Numbered from the stretch's first letter, positions 17,347 through 25,664 are shown. The stretch: DNA of 32,000 nt from Candidatus Poseidoniaceae archaeon (GCA_943789275.1 CALSTM010000002.1:60001-92000); one strand, 5' to 3'. Numbers and translations are program-made. Notes: a model not told the origin generated them from the sequence alone.

Positions 17347-18213
17347 ATGGGTCCTGACGAGTTGCTGGAAATGACTCCCGCCTTGTTGGCGAAGTCGATT
17401 TTGCACCGACGCGAACGGCTTGCTGAAACCATTCCTGAGCAACTTGATGCTCGTCAAGACGAACTTCGAGCTGCTGAACCATTGGCTCGAAGTGCCAAAG
17501 AACAACGTGATGCTGTGAACGCTAAAGTTGCGAACCTGAAAAAGGAAAGAAATACAGCCCGAAAAAAGGCTCAAGAACTCTTCCGCCAAGCAGGGAAAAT
17601 TCGTGAAAGTATTGCCAACGCTGGTGGCGTGAAGGAAGCGAACCCAGAGTGGGCTCAATCGAAACTTGAAGACAAACTCAAGAAGATTGAACACGAATTG
17701 GAAACCAATGCCGGCAACCACAAGACCGAACAGAAATACCTCAAAGAAATGAAAGCATTGCTTCAGCAGCACGAAGATTGGGTGTCAAAAAGAAAAGACA
17801 ACCAAGACGAACATGCTGAAATGAAGAAAATGTATGACGATGCTCGAAACCAACTTTCCTTGTCAGAAAAGGCCCACAATGCTTTGCTTGACCACGCGAC
17901 TCAAAACGAATATTTCCACAACACCTACCTTGAGCAGGAAGCACACCGCCGTCGAGCAGACGCCCGCACCAAACGACTGGCTTTGGCACTCGACAGCAGT
18001 CAGAAGGGCATTGAACACTGGCAGAATCACATCGACAACGGATTTGATTCACTGCTTGAAAACGCACAACGTGTCAAAAACGGTGAACCGTCAAGTCACG
18101 CTCGCCGTCGAGCACGGAACAACAAGAAGGAATCGAAACCTGCCTCCTCTGGTCGATCAAAGAAAGAGCAACCCAAGCAACCCAAGCAAGCCAAGGGAGG
18201 CGAAGAAGAATGA
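17347..18213 (+). CDS. coiled-coil protein, paralog P2 (COG1340-like), K/R/Q-rich C-terminal tail
   Basis: Central motif IEHELETNAGNHKTEQKYLKEMKAL aligns by position with P1 and P3. Basic tail SSHARRRARNNKKESKP...KKEQPKQPKQAK. The track start 17326 is TTG, so I prefer ATG 17347 (17371 is also possible). The stop overlaps the next ATG (ATGA at 18210-18213). Confidence 0.72.
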   Translation: MGPDELLEMTPALLAKSILHRRERLAETIPEQLDARQDELRAAEPLARSAKEQRDAVNAKVANLKKERNTARKKAQELFRQAGKIRESIANAGGVKEANPEWAQSKLEDKLKKIEHELETNAGNHKTEQKYLKEMKALLQQHEDWVSKRKDNQDEHAEMKKMYDDARNQLSLSEKAHNALLDHATQNEYFHNTYLEQEAHRRRADARTKRLALALDSSQKGIEHWQNHIDNGFDSLLENAQRVKNGEPSSHARRRARNNKKESKPASSGRSKKEQPKQPKQAKGGEEE

Positions 18214-20378
18214 GCGATGAATGCCCCATCACGGGTTTTGATAACGCTCAGCAACATCGCTGGCCACTCGTTCACCAGTACCTTTGCGATAAACTCGAAT
18301 TACCAAACGGCGATGGACTGGAGACTTCCGCAATGGAAAAACTCTCCAAAGACATCGAAAAAACACTTTACGAACAACGCCCAAACGCTTCGATGTTGAA
18401 AAAGCGAAAGGGCTTGTATGAGCATTTGAAACGAACCGTGGAACGGAGATTCAAGGGCAGTTCTCTGCGACAATTTGGTTCTTCAGCATCCGGACTTTCA
18501 CTCTCCAGCGGTGACATGGACCTCTGTTTATTGTTGAACGACCAAAAGCCAAAGAAAATCCTCCGTTCCCTTTCAAACACGCTGAAGAATCAGGACATGG
18601 AAGACATTCAAGTGATTGCTTCGGCTAAAGTCCCGATCATCAAGTTCACCGATGAACGCACCAAAATCCCAGTTGACATTTCCATCAACAACACACTGGC
18701 CTTGCACAACACGACGCTCCTCAAGCGGTATGGAGACATGGATGAACGCATCCAGAACAGCATTCTTGCCGTCAAGTATTGGGCCTCACAACGGGATGTT
18801 GGTGATGCAGCAAAGGGTACCTTCTCGTCCTATGCTTGGAGCATCATCATGCTGCAAGCACTTCAGACAACATCACCGCCAGTTGCTCCAAACATTCAAT
18901 CCGGTAAAGAACGCACGCACCTCAAGGTAGACGGAATCGAATACGACCTCACGATGGCTGAGAATCCTGAGGATTTACTCAACGAAAAGAACACCCAATC
19001 GGTTGGAGAATTGTTCACGCACTTCATCAAACAATTGGTGCTTGAGCGGCCTTGGGAAGAGCACGTGCTTTCGATTCGAAGCGGACAACCTATCGGTCGG
19101 AACGAGAAGAAATGGAAATACGGCAAACCGCACGCCTCGACTGCTGTTGTCATGGGTGGCAAAACGCGCCTTGGCCTGCATTCGTTCCCTGTTGAAGACC
19201 CCTTCAACCACGAGCATGACTTGAGTCGGGTTCTTCGCCCCGAAGGCGCCCTTGACATTCAAGAAGAACTGTTCCGATTCTGGCTGGAACTCAACCAAGG
19301 AAAGAACTGGAATGAATTGTGTCAGCTCAAGAATCCAGAACGATTCCCTGTAGTTGAAGAAAAAGACCTGTTTGAAGACTTACGAACGCTTGCAAAAGCC
19401 GACTTCGAATTGAAAGTCAAAGCGAACAGTGAACAACTTACCGACCTTGAAGGTCGTATTGAAATGCTTCACCAAGAGCGACAAAACAACATCAAAATTT
19501 CTCAGGCACTGCGTGGCCTGTTTGAAGAAACCAGCGACTTGCGCAACGAACACCGTAAAATCGTCCGCAGCCTTCGCCCTCGCAGTGACAAAATGAATGC
19601 ACTGCAGGAAAAGCGAGACCAACTCAATCAAAAGATTGGGATTCCACTTTACAGAATCCGAGAATTAATTCTCGAAGTGTACAACAATCTCACTGACGAT
19701 GTCGACTTTTTCCAAGTCCCATCGCTTCAGCGCGAAGATGAACAATTTGCTTGGTTCTTCGAATTGCAAGCCATGCATGCCGTGGCATTGGAAGCAGATA
19801 CAGCGCACAAGGAATTCATCTCATTGGTCCGAGAGCAGAAGAAGGCGGTTAAAGATTTGAAAATCACTGAAAACAAGCAATCCGAAGTTCGAGCAGAAAT
19901 GGTGAACTCCGAACCAATTCTTGCGAACATCACCACTGAATTCAGCGAAGCCAGACAATTCGACCAGAACGCGCATTCCCTCAACAAAGTGATTCAAGAA
20001 CGACGTCGAGAGATGCGACAATTGCGCCGAGAGAAAGGTCGATTGGATGCATGGGCTCGTATTTCTGCCAAAGGAACATCAACACGAAAACCCGGCAAGA
20101 GAGATGGTAAGCGTAAATCCAAGTCGGGCCAAGCGGATTGGAAGCCTCGGAACAACGGACCTCGCCCTGAAGAAGTTCAGCACCGAGCTGCTACCGGCGG
20201 TGCACTCTCCCTCTCGGACCTGGATGTCCTCCTCAACAGCGGTGGAATTGCCTCGGTGAACACATCCAAGCCAACACCGAAATCCACCCGAAGAGCAGAA
20301 CGCAAAAAGAAGCAAAACCGCAACTTAACCGTTCGACGCGGTGAGCGCTCTCAATCTACAAAAGGGCGTAAAGAGTGA
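18210..20378 (+). CDS. Cid1/Trf4-like (non-canonical poly(A)/poly(U) polymerase-type) nucleotidyltransferase fused to a COG1340-like coiled coil and basic tail
   Basis: FGSSASGLSLSSGDMDLCLLL, AKVPIIKFTDERTKIPVDISINN, VKYWASQRDVGDAAKGTFSSYAWSIIMLQALQ..PPVAPNIQ and FPVEDPFNHEHDLSRVL form the NTase plus PAP-associated signature. The coiled coil spans aa ~385-640, followed by LLNSGGI and a K/R tail. GGGAGG Shine-Dalgarno at 18195-18200. Confidence 0.8.
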   Translation: MSDECPITGFDNAQQHRWPLVHQYLCDKLELPNGDGLETSAMEKLSKDIEKTLYEQRPNASMLKKRKGLYEHLKRTVERRFKGSSLRQFGSSASGLSLSSGDMDLCLLLNDQKPKKILRSLSNTLKNQDMEDIQVIASAKVPIIKFTDERTKIPVDISINNTLALHNTTLLKRYGDMDERIQNSILAVKYWASQRDVGDAAKGTFSSYAWSIIMLQALQTTSPPVAPNIQSGKERTHLKVDGIEYDLTMAENPEDLLNEKNTQSVGELFTHFIKQLVLERPWEEHVLSIRSGQPIGRNEKKWKYGKPHASTAVVMGGKTRLGLHSFPVEDPFNHEHDLSRVLRPEGALDIQEELFRFWLELNQGKNWNELCQLKNPERFPVVEEKDLFEDLRTLAKADFELKVKANSEQLTDLEGRIEMLHQERQNNIKISQALRGLFEETSDLRNEHRKIVRSLRPRSDKMNALQEKRDQLNQKIGIPLYRIRELILEVYNNLTDDVDFFQVPSLQREDEQFAWFFELQAMHAVALEADTAHKEFISLVREQKKAVKDLKITENKQSEVRAEMVNSEPILANITTEFSEARQFDQNAHSLNKVIQERRREMRQLRREKGRLDAWARISAKGTSTRKPGKRDGKRKSKSGQADWKPRNNGPRPEEVQHRAATGGALSLSDLDVLLNSGGIASVNTSKPTPKSTRRAERKKKQNRNLTVRRGERSQSTKGRKE

Positions 20379-20387
20379 GGGTTACCG

Positions 20388-20864
20388 ATGGGCAACATCC
20401 AGTGGGTGTACGGTTTCGAACCAAAGACGCTCTCGGATGACTGGAAAGAAAAAGTGAGGTCGCTCTTCCTCCAAGAAACAGGAGAACGCTACACTCTTGA
20501 ATCGATTTCGAATTTGCCCATTCCGCAATGGAGTGGGAATATGCTGCTGCTCGATAACGACAGGTATCCTCATCCGGAGTCCCTACTCGGCCTGATGTGG
20601 GCCTTACCGCACGAAGAGCACGGCGTTCGAATAGCAGCCTTTGTCATCGACTCAAACCATCAGTCCGCCGGATGGGGTGGAAAAGCTTGGGACCACTTGG
20701 TCGAAATCGCACTCTCCGCAGGAAAGACAACCATTCAACTTGAAGTCAAGGCCGAAAACATTCGGGCACAAAATTTCTACACTGCAAGGAATTTGAAAGT
20801 CGTTCAACATCTATCAAACTACTATGCATCAGGACTTGGTTACATGATGAAAGGACCCATTTGA
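20388..20864 (+). CDS. GNAT-family N-acetyltransferase (RimI/Ard1-like size)
   Basis: 158 aa. The acetyl-CoA motif A region is VIDSNHQSAGWGGKAWDHLVEIA, followed by NIRAQNFYTARNLKVV. SD-like GAGG lies 7 nt upstream, and the gap to the NTase gene is 9 nt. Confidence 0.85.
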   Translation: MGNIQWVYGFEPKTLSDDWKEKVRSLFLQETGERYTLESISNLPIPQWSGNMLLLDNDRYPHPESLLGLMWALPHEEHGVRIAAFVIDSNHQSAGWGGKAWDHLVEIALSAGKTTIQLEVKAENIRAQNFYTARNLKVVQHLSNYYASGLGYMMKGPI

Positions 20865-20930
20865 GAAGTGTTCTCTTCTCAATCTTCGTTCAAGGTCAAA
20901 GGTTATGCCCCCCCGATGCTTCGATGAAGC

Positions 20931-21251
20931 GTGGAACCCCTCTTGCTTCGTGACATAGCAGCCCAATCCGGCGTTACCGGTGCTGCTTTACTCGACGGAG
21001 AAGGTTTTGTGCTGCACAGCGAACCTCAACACGATGACAGCGTTCAGGATTTAGGTAAAGCGATCGCCCTTCTTGACCCGAGTTTTTCCAGTGGTCGAGT
21101 CACGTTGAACGGTGAGAGCGGTACGATCATTGTGCAAGAATTATCAGGAAACCGAGTTTTAGTCGTACGGTGCTTACCCTCCTCAAACCTCGGCCAATTG
21201 CGTCATGTACTTGACCAGGCCGTGGCTCGATTCAACACCCTCATACCTTAG
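20931..21251 (+). CDS. Roadblock/LC7 (MglB-like) domain protein
   Basis: 106 aa. The pattern L..IA..SGVTGAALLDGEGFVLHS....D....LGKAIA.L, then G.I.V.EL.GN.VLVV, is typical of Roadblock/LC7. GTG start. Confidence 0.75.
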   Translation: MEPLLLRDIAAQSGVTGAALLDGEGFVLHSEPQHDDSVQDLGKAIALLDPSFSSGRVTLNGESGTIIVQELSGNRVLVVRCLPSSNLGQLRHVLDQAVARFNTLIP

Positions 21252-21378
21252 AACGGTTGTTTTCAGGACCACAATGGGCCACTTGAGTCTGGATTATCAA
21301 GTGAAGAGATTAAATGTAAAGGGTCGGTCGCAAGGCCAGTGAGAAGATGGGAATCTTCCACGACCAGGTGAGATACGA

Positions 21379-22266
21379 ATGGATGAACTAAAACCTCAAC
21401 TCGAAGAACGACGAAAGATGGTCGATGAAAAGGCTACAAAATACCGTACTCTTCGAGATGAGTGTAACGATAATTCCAAGAAATTCACCGCCACACGAAA
21501 CGAAATGAACGGCGAAGTACGCGAACTTATTGTCCAAGTTCGTGAACAACGTGAAATTCGAGAACAAATGAACGAAATCGTTCGTGAAAAGAAGAGCATT
21601 CGGCTTGAAGCAAACAAGAAAGTTCGTGAAGCAAAAGACGCTCTCAATGAAGCAAAGGGGCCAGAAGCCGCTCCACAACGAGATGAAGGACGCCGTGGTC
21701 GTCGAGACCGCCCAGACACCATTCACTCCCTGCGAAGAGAATTGATTCGATTGGAAAACGAATTCGAAATGGGACGTCACACCGGTAAGAACGAAACCAA
21801 AGTCATGAAGCGCATGAAGGAAATCAGCGCTAAAATCCAAAAGATGAAGATTTCGGAAGACTCCAACACCGACCTCAAAGAATCCCGCGAAGCACTTCGC
21901 ATCGCTATGGAAACCCAAGAAACGGCCCACGCCGCAGTTGAACAAGCAGCCGAAGCCGCTCAAGAAGCGCACGATTTGATGCTCCAATGGAACAAGGAAG
22001 TTGACAACCAACGAGAAAAGGCAGAATCTGCTCACCGAAAGTTGCGTACTTCCAAGAAGGAAGCAGACAAGAATCACCGCGCTTACATCGTTTCGCTGCG
22101 ATGCTTGCACTCCATTCAAGACATACTCCGTGCAATGCGTGGCGCAAGTGCAGGTGCTGGACAACGGCCAAATGCACGCGTCGAAGTTCAAGATTTGATG
22201 GGCAAGTTGATGTCTGGAGAGACACTCTCGACCGAAGAATTGATGCAACTTCAGCGCTACGACTGA
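21379..22266 (+). CDS. coiled-coil protein, paralog P3 (COG1340-like)
   Basis: Central motif LENEFEMGRHTGKNETKVMKRMKEIS at the same position as in P1 and P2. C-terminus DLMGKLMSGETLSTEELMQLQ. AGGTGA Shine-Dalgarno at 21366-21371. Confidence 0.75.
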   Translation: MDELKPQLEERRKMVDEKATKYRTLRDECNDNSKKFTATRNEMNGEVRELIVQVREQREIREQMNEIVREKKSIRLEANKKVREAKDALNEAKGPEAAPQRDEGRRGRRDRPDTIHSLRRELIRLENEFEMGRHTGKNETKVMKRMKEISAKIQKMKISEDSNTDLKESREALRIAMETQETAHAAVEQAAEAAQEAHDLMLQWNKEVDNQREKAESAHRKLRTSKKEADKNHRAYIVSLRCLHSIQDILRAMRGASAGAGQRPNARVEVQDLMGKLMSGETLSTEELMQLQRYD

Positions 22267-22329
22267 ACGCCATCAATGCGATGAGATGAAAGACCCCCCC
22301 ATCTACACTTACATTACCGAGGGAACACC

Positions 22330-23487
22330 ATGCTGTCGAAAGAAGATATTGCATCCATCGTCGAAGATTACGACCGAATGAAACTCAGAATCGGCATGAC
22401 CGCTTCGCACTCTGCTTTGGACATCTGCGATGGAGCTATTGAGGAAGGATTTCCGACCGTTGCTTACTGCAAAGAAGGCCGTCACAAGACCTACGCCAAC
22501 TACTTCAAAGCGCACCGTTCTCAATCGGGTCGAGTTGTTCGTGGAATGGTCGACAAGGCCATCGTTATGCCTTCGTTTAACGACGTCATGAAAGAAGAAA
22601 TGCAGGAAGAAATGCGCAAGCGGAATGTCGTCTACATCCCAAACCGTTCGTTTACTTCGTATTCTTCGATTGCTGATGTTGAGGACACCTTCAAGGTGCC
22701 TTTGTTCGGTTCACGAAACATGCTCCGCATGGAAGAGCGAACCGAAGAGCAAGACTACTACTGGATTTTGGACAAGGCTGGATTGCCTTACCCAGAAGCC
22801 ATTGCCGACCCACAAGACATCGATTGCTTGGTCATCGTCAAGTTGCACCACGCTCAGAAGAAACTTGAGCGTGGATTCTTCACCTGCGCCTCTTATGCAG
22901 AATACCAAGAGAAATCCCAAACCCTACTTGCAGAAGGTGTCATCGATGAAGAATCACTTGCTGGCGCACGGATTGAACGCTACGTTATCGGGCCAGTGTT
23001 CAACCTGAACTTTTTCTATAGTCCGCTGGCTGAAGAGGGTGAAAAACTCGAATTACTCGGCGTCGACTGGAGATTCGAGTCCTCGCTCGACGGTCATGTT
23101 CGTCTTCCTGCTCCTCAGCAAATGACCATGCCCGCTCACCAGCAAATCCCAGAAATGACCGTTGTTGGACACAACACCGCAACCATCCGTGAATCACTGC
23201 TTGAGAAGGCGTTTGAGCTGGGTGAACGCTTCATCACTGCCAGCAAGGAGCATTACGACCCGGGAATCATTGGACCGTTCTGTCTGCAAACCTGTATTGA
23301 CAAGGACATGAATTACTACATCTACGACGTTGCCCCTCGTTTGGGTGGCGGCACGAACGTCCACGTCAGCGTTGGACACCCGTATGGGAACGCAACATGG
23401 AGAAAGCCGATGTCCAGTGGACGACGCATCGCTATGGAACTGCGAATGGCTGCTGAGCAAGACCGTTTGCTCGAAGTCCTCACATGA
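22330..23487 (+). CDS. purP: 5-formaminoimidazole-4-carboxamide ribonucleotide (FAICAR) synthetase, archaeal PurP (ATP-grasp)
   Basis: The N-terminus IGMTASHSALDICDGAIEEGFPTVAYCKEGRHKTY matches the PurP signature (..SHSAL.I..GA..EGF.T...C..GR...Y). The 385-aa length and ATP-grasp-like C-terminal half also fit. Confidence 0.88.
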   Translation: MLSKEDIASIVEDYDRMKLRIGMTASHSALDICDGAIEEGFPTVAYCKEGRHKTYANYFKAHRSQSGRVVRGMVDKAIVMPSFNDVMKEEMQEEMRKRNVVYIPNRSFTSYSSIADVEDTFKVPLFGSRNMLRMEERTEEQDYYWILDKAGLPYPEAIADPQDIDCLVIVKLHHAQKKLERGFFTCASYAEYQEKSQTLLAEGVIDEESLAGARIERYVIGPVFNLNFFYSPLAEEGEKLELLGVDWRFESSLDGHVRLPAPQQMTMPAHQQIPEMTVVGHNTATIRESLLEKAFELGERFITASKEHYDPGIIGPFCLQTCIDKDMNYYIYDVAPRLGGGTNVHVSVGHPYGNATWRKPMSSGRRIAMELRMAAEQDRLLEVLT

Positions 23488-23556
23488 TGCCGCACTCCGG
23501 CCTCATCTCCCCATACAGACATTGATAATCTCTTGAGCAAGGCTTGAGTTGTTACC

Positions 23557-24376
23557 ATGCCTGAAGGTCCAGAAATACATCGCGCTGCGTCAAAGATTCG
23601 CAATGCGCTTGAAGGCAAGACCATCGAAGACGTTGAGATCACCCTTCCACGCTATGAAGAACGCGCCAACGAGTTCCTCGACAAGACCGTTCTCAAAGTC
23701 GAGGCGAGAGGAAAGGCCATGTTGATTCACTTTCGACACCTTTGTCCTGTACAGTCACAACCAGTTGTACGGACGATGGACGGTCAACCGGAGAGCGACT
23801 GAGCCCAAAAAGTGGAACCGTTCACTGAGGATTGCACTTTCAACCAAGACCCATACCTGCCGATTGTGGTCTGCCACCGACATTCTCATGCTCGAACCTT
23901 GGGAGGTCTCTGGCCACCAATACATCGCTAAACTCGGGCCCGATGTTGTCATTGATGAGACGACACCCGAGCAGTTGATTGAGCACATCAGCCAAAAACG
24001 GTTCCAACGCAAACGCCTGAAGACGTTGTTGCTCGACCAGGGTTTCTTTGCAGGCATTGGAAATTACCTGCGCAGTGAAGTGTTGTTCACTGCCAAACTC
24101 CATCCCGACCGAACTGTCGCCTCATTGGACGATGCTGAGAAGCGAAAGCTGGCTGAACAAGCATTGTTCCTTTCTCGTCAATCCTACAAGGTACCTGGAA
24201 TCACTGTGGATTTGGAACTCTATGAGCAATTGAGAGACATTGGCCTTTCCAGAGGCCAAGCACGGCACTGGGTGTTCACTCGCAATGACCGGCCGTGCCA
24301 TCAGTGTGGAGACTTGATACTGCATACAAGGCCTGGTGGCAGGCGGCTTGACTATTGTCCGACCTGTCAACACTAA
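23557..24376 (+). pseudogene. nei: endonuclease VIII / Fpg-Nei family DNA glycosylase, interrupted by an apparent +1 frameshift near 23726-23747
   Basis: Frame 1 reads MPEGPEI...EARGKAMLIHF. Frame 2 reads LYSHNQLYGRWTV...GPDV...LLDQGFFAGIGNYLRSEVLF...CHQCG...YCPTCQH. Together these form a complete Nei (catalytic N-terminus, H2TH, zinc finger). The split lies at a T-run. Confidence 0.88.
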
Positions 24377-24451
24377 GCCGAACTCGAAACGTCATCCAGT
24401 GAACGGAAAAAGACACTCTCCACGGTATGCCCGCAATATCCGCAGTGAAAT

Positions 24452-25594
24452 TCACTCACCGGTCTCATCAGTACCTGACGAAGCCTCAGGGAAAAGCAAC
24501 ATCACTTCTTCCGCAGATTGAGCAAAGAATGCATCAAAATCGGCCAAGTATTCACTCTTTGTTGCGTTGAAGTTGTTCTCAAAGGCTGCATCAAACCCAA
24601 GACTGTCAAGGTCACCGTAGAAGCCATTCAGGAAGGCATCCTCGCCCTCGTGATGGATAAGATAAGCAATGAACCATGCGCCAACATCGTAAGCGTTCAC
24701 TTCGGATGAGTAGGTCAATTGGTCGAGCGATGAGTTTTGAGCATTGTATCCGTCCTGTGACATTTCCAACTTCCGTTGCATGACTTCTCGAAGATAATTC
24801 TCACCCACACCGTCTTGTTCAGCATACAGCGATTGAGCCATGAATTCCGCACCGCCTTCTGCGAACCATGGAGTATTTTCACCACCCATTTTCGAATGGC
24901 GTTCGCATGCATCTCGGCTGTCCCCCGTGCATTCGTCACTGATGTGTGAATGCTGGAAAATGTGGAAGTATTCGTGCAAGGTGACCGGTTTGTAATCCTC
25001 TTCACTGGGTCCAGGGTATTTTGCCGACATGATCATCATCAGAAAATCGTATTCGATGTATGTACGCTTGAACGTACTGATTGCTGCACCACCCTCGTCA
25101 GTATAACGCGTGAAAATTTGGTAATTTTCATTGGCACAATCCCACTCTTCGTTCCAATTGTCATCAAGTGCCTTGTGGCGTTCACAAAACAAATCTTCCA
25201 AGTCTTTCGCAGCGTCTACATCTTCACCAATGATAAACAGTTCAACAGGCCCATAATTGCCCCACTCTTCTGCCGCAATGCCGTACCATTCGAGGGTTAA
25301 ATTGACGGTTTCATTGGAAACATCTGCTGCTTTGAACACCGTTGGCACAGCACATGTAACGGCACCCCACTGAATGGTCTCCTGTGTGCCATCAGGACAA
25401 ACAACATCGTAAGGAGATGGTTCAGGCTCTGTTGGTGTCGAATCATTTTGAACCACAATGATGCTTTCATCAGAAGAAGTGTCGTCTGCATTGGAATTGT
25501 TGTCAGCAACGACCTCTTCAGTTGCTCCAAGGCATCCTGAAAGGGGAGCCATTAGAAAAGTGAGACACATGAGAACTGCCAACTGTTTCAGCAT
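24452..25594 (-). CDS. secreted (lipobox-like LSGC) protein with HExxH zinc-metallopeptidase motif
   Basis: Signal sequence MLKQLAVLMCLTFLMAPLSGC and motif VTLHEYFHIFQHSH. I prefer ATG 25594 over the track GTG 25612 because a TATA-like element sits about 25 nt upstream of the ATG. Confidence 0.65.
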   Translation of the reverse strand: MLKQLAVLMCLTFLMAPLSGCLGATEEVVADNNSNADDTSSDESIIVVQNDSTPTEPEPSPYDVVCPDGTQETIQWGAVTCAVPTVFKAADVSNETVNLTLEWYGIAAEEWGNYGPVELFIIGEDVDAAKDLEDLFCERHKALDDNWNEEWDCANENYQIFTRYTDEGGAAISTFKRTYIEYDFLMMIMSAKYPGPSEEDYKPVTLHEYFHIFQHSHISDECTGDSRDACERHSKMGGENTPWFAEGGAEFMAQSLYAEQDGVGENYLREVMQRKLEMSQDGYNAQNSSLDQLTYSSEVNAYDVGAWFIAYLIHHEGEDAFLNGFYGDLDSLGFDAAFENNFNATKSEYLADFDAFFAQSAEEVMLLFPEASSGTDETGE

Positions 25595-25614
25595 GAATCG
25601 CCCAGTAAACACCG

Positions 25615-25622
25615 CTATATGA
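25615..25622 (-). promoter_or_regulatory. candidate TATA box (TCATATAG on minus strand)
   Basis: Centred about 25 nt upstream of ATG 25594. It is part of an inverted CTATAT...ATATAG pair in the 74-nt divergent region. Confidence 0.3.
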
Positions 25623-25657
25623 TTGTGATCGGTGATATAGACTGTATGGGCGGCGAG

Positions 25658-25664
25658 TTTAAGA
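25658..25664 (+). promoter_or_regulatory. candidate TATA box (TTTAAGA)
   Basis: Centred 26 nt upstream of ATG 25687. The heptamer is identical to the one at 2329-2335. Confidence 0.3.

Noticed and set aside
18210-19244. NTase domain interpreted as a CBASS CD-NTase (cGAS/DncV-like) or as a minimal-NTase toxin-antitoxin component.
   Set aside because: The AKVPIIKF...VDIS strand and the PAP-associated-type region (SSYAW..ML, PPVAPNIQ, EDPF...H.L.R) point to Cid1/Trf4-type enzymes. No effector, Cap2/Cap3, HORMA/TRIP13 or HEPN partner is adjacent. A profile search is still needed to be sure.
21388-22248. 286-aa ORF antisense to coiled-coil gene P3. Similar long antisense ORFs occur at 17305-17772, 3362-4135, 6764-7423, 26901-27377 and 27393-27857.
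   Set aside because: The sense strand has recognisable proteins in every case. The antisense peptides are low-complexity (F/S/L/C-rich), as expected from the reverse complement of GAA/AAG/GAC-rich codons. They have no start-site signals.
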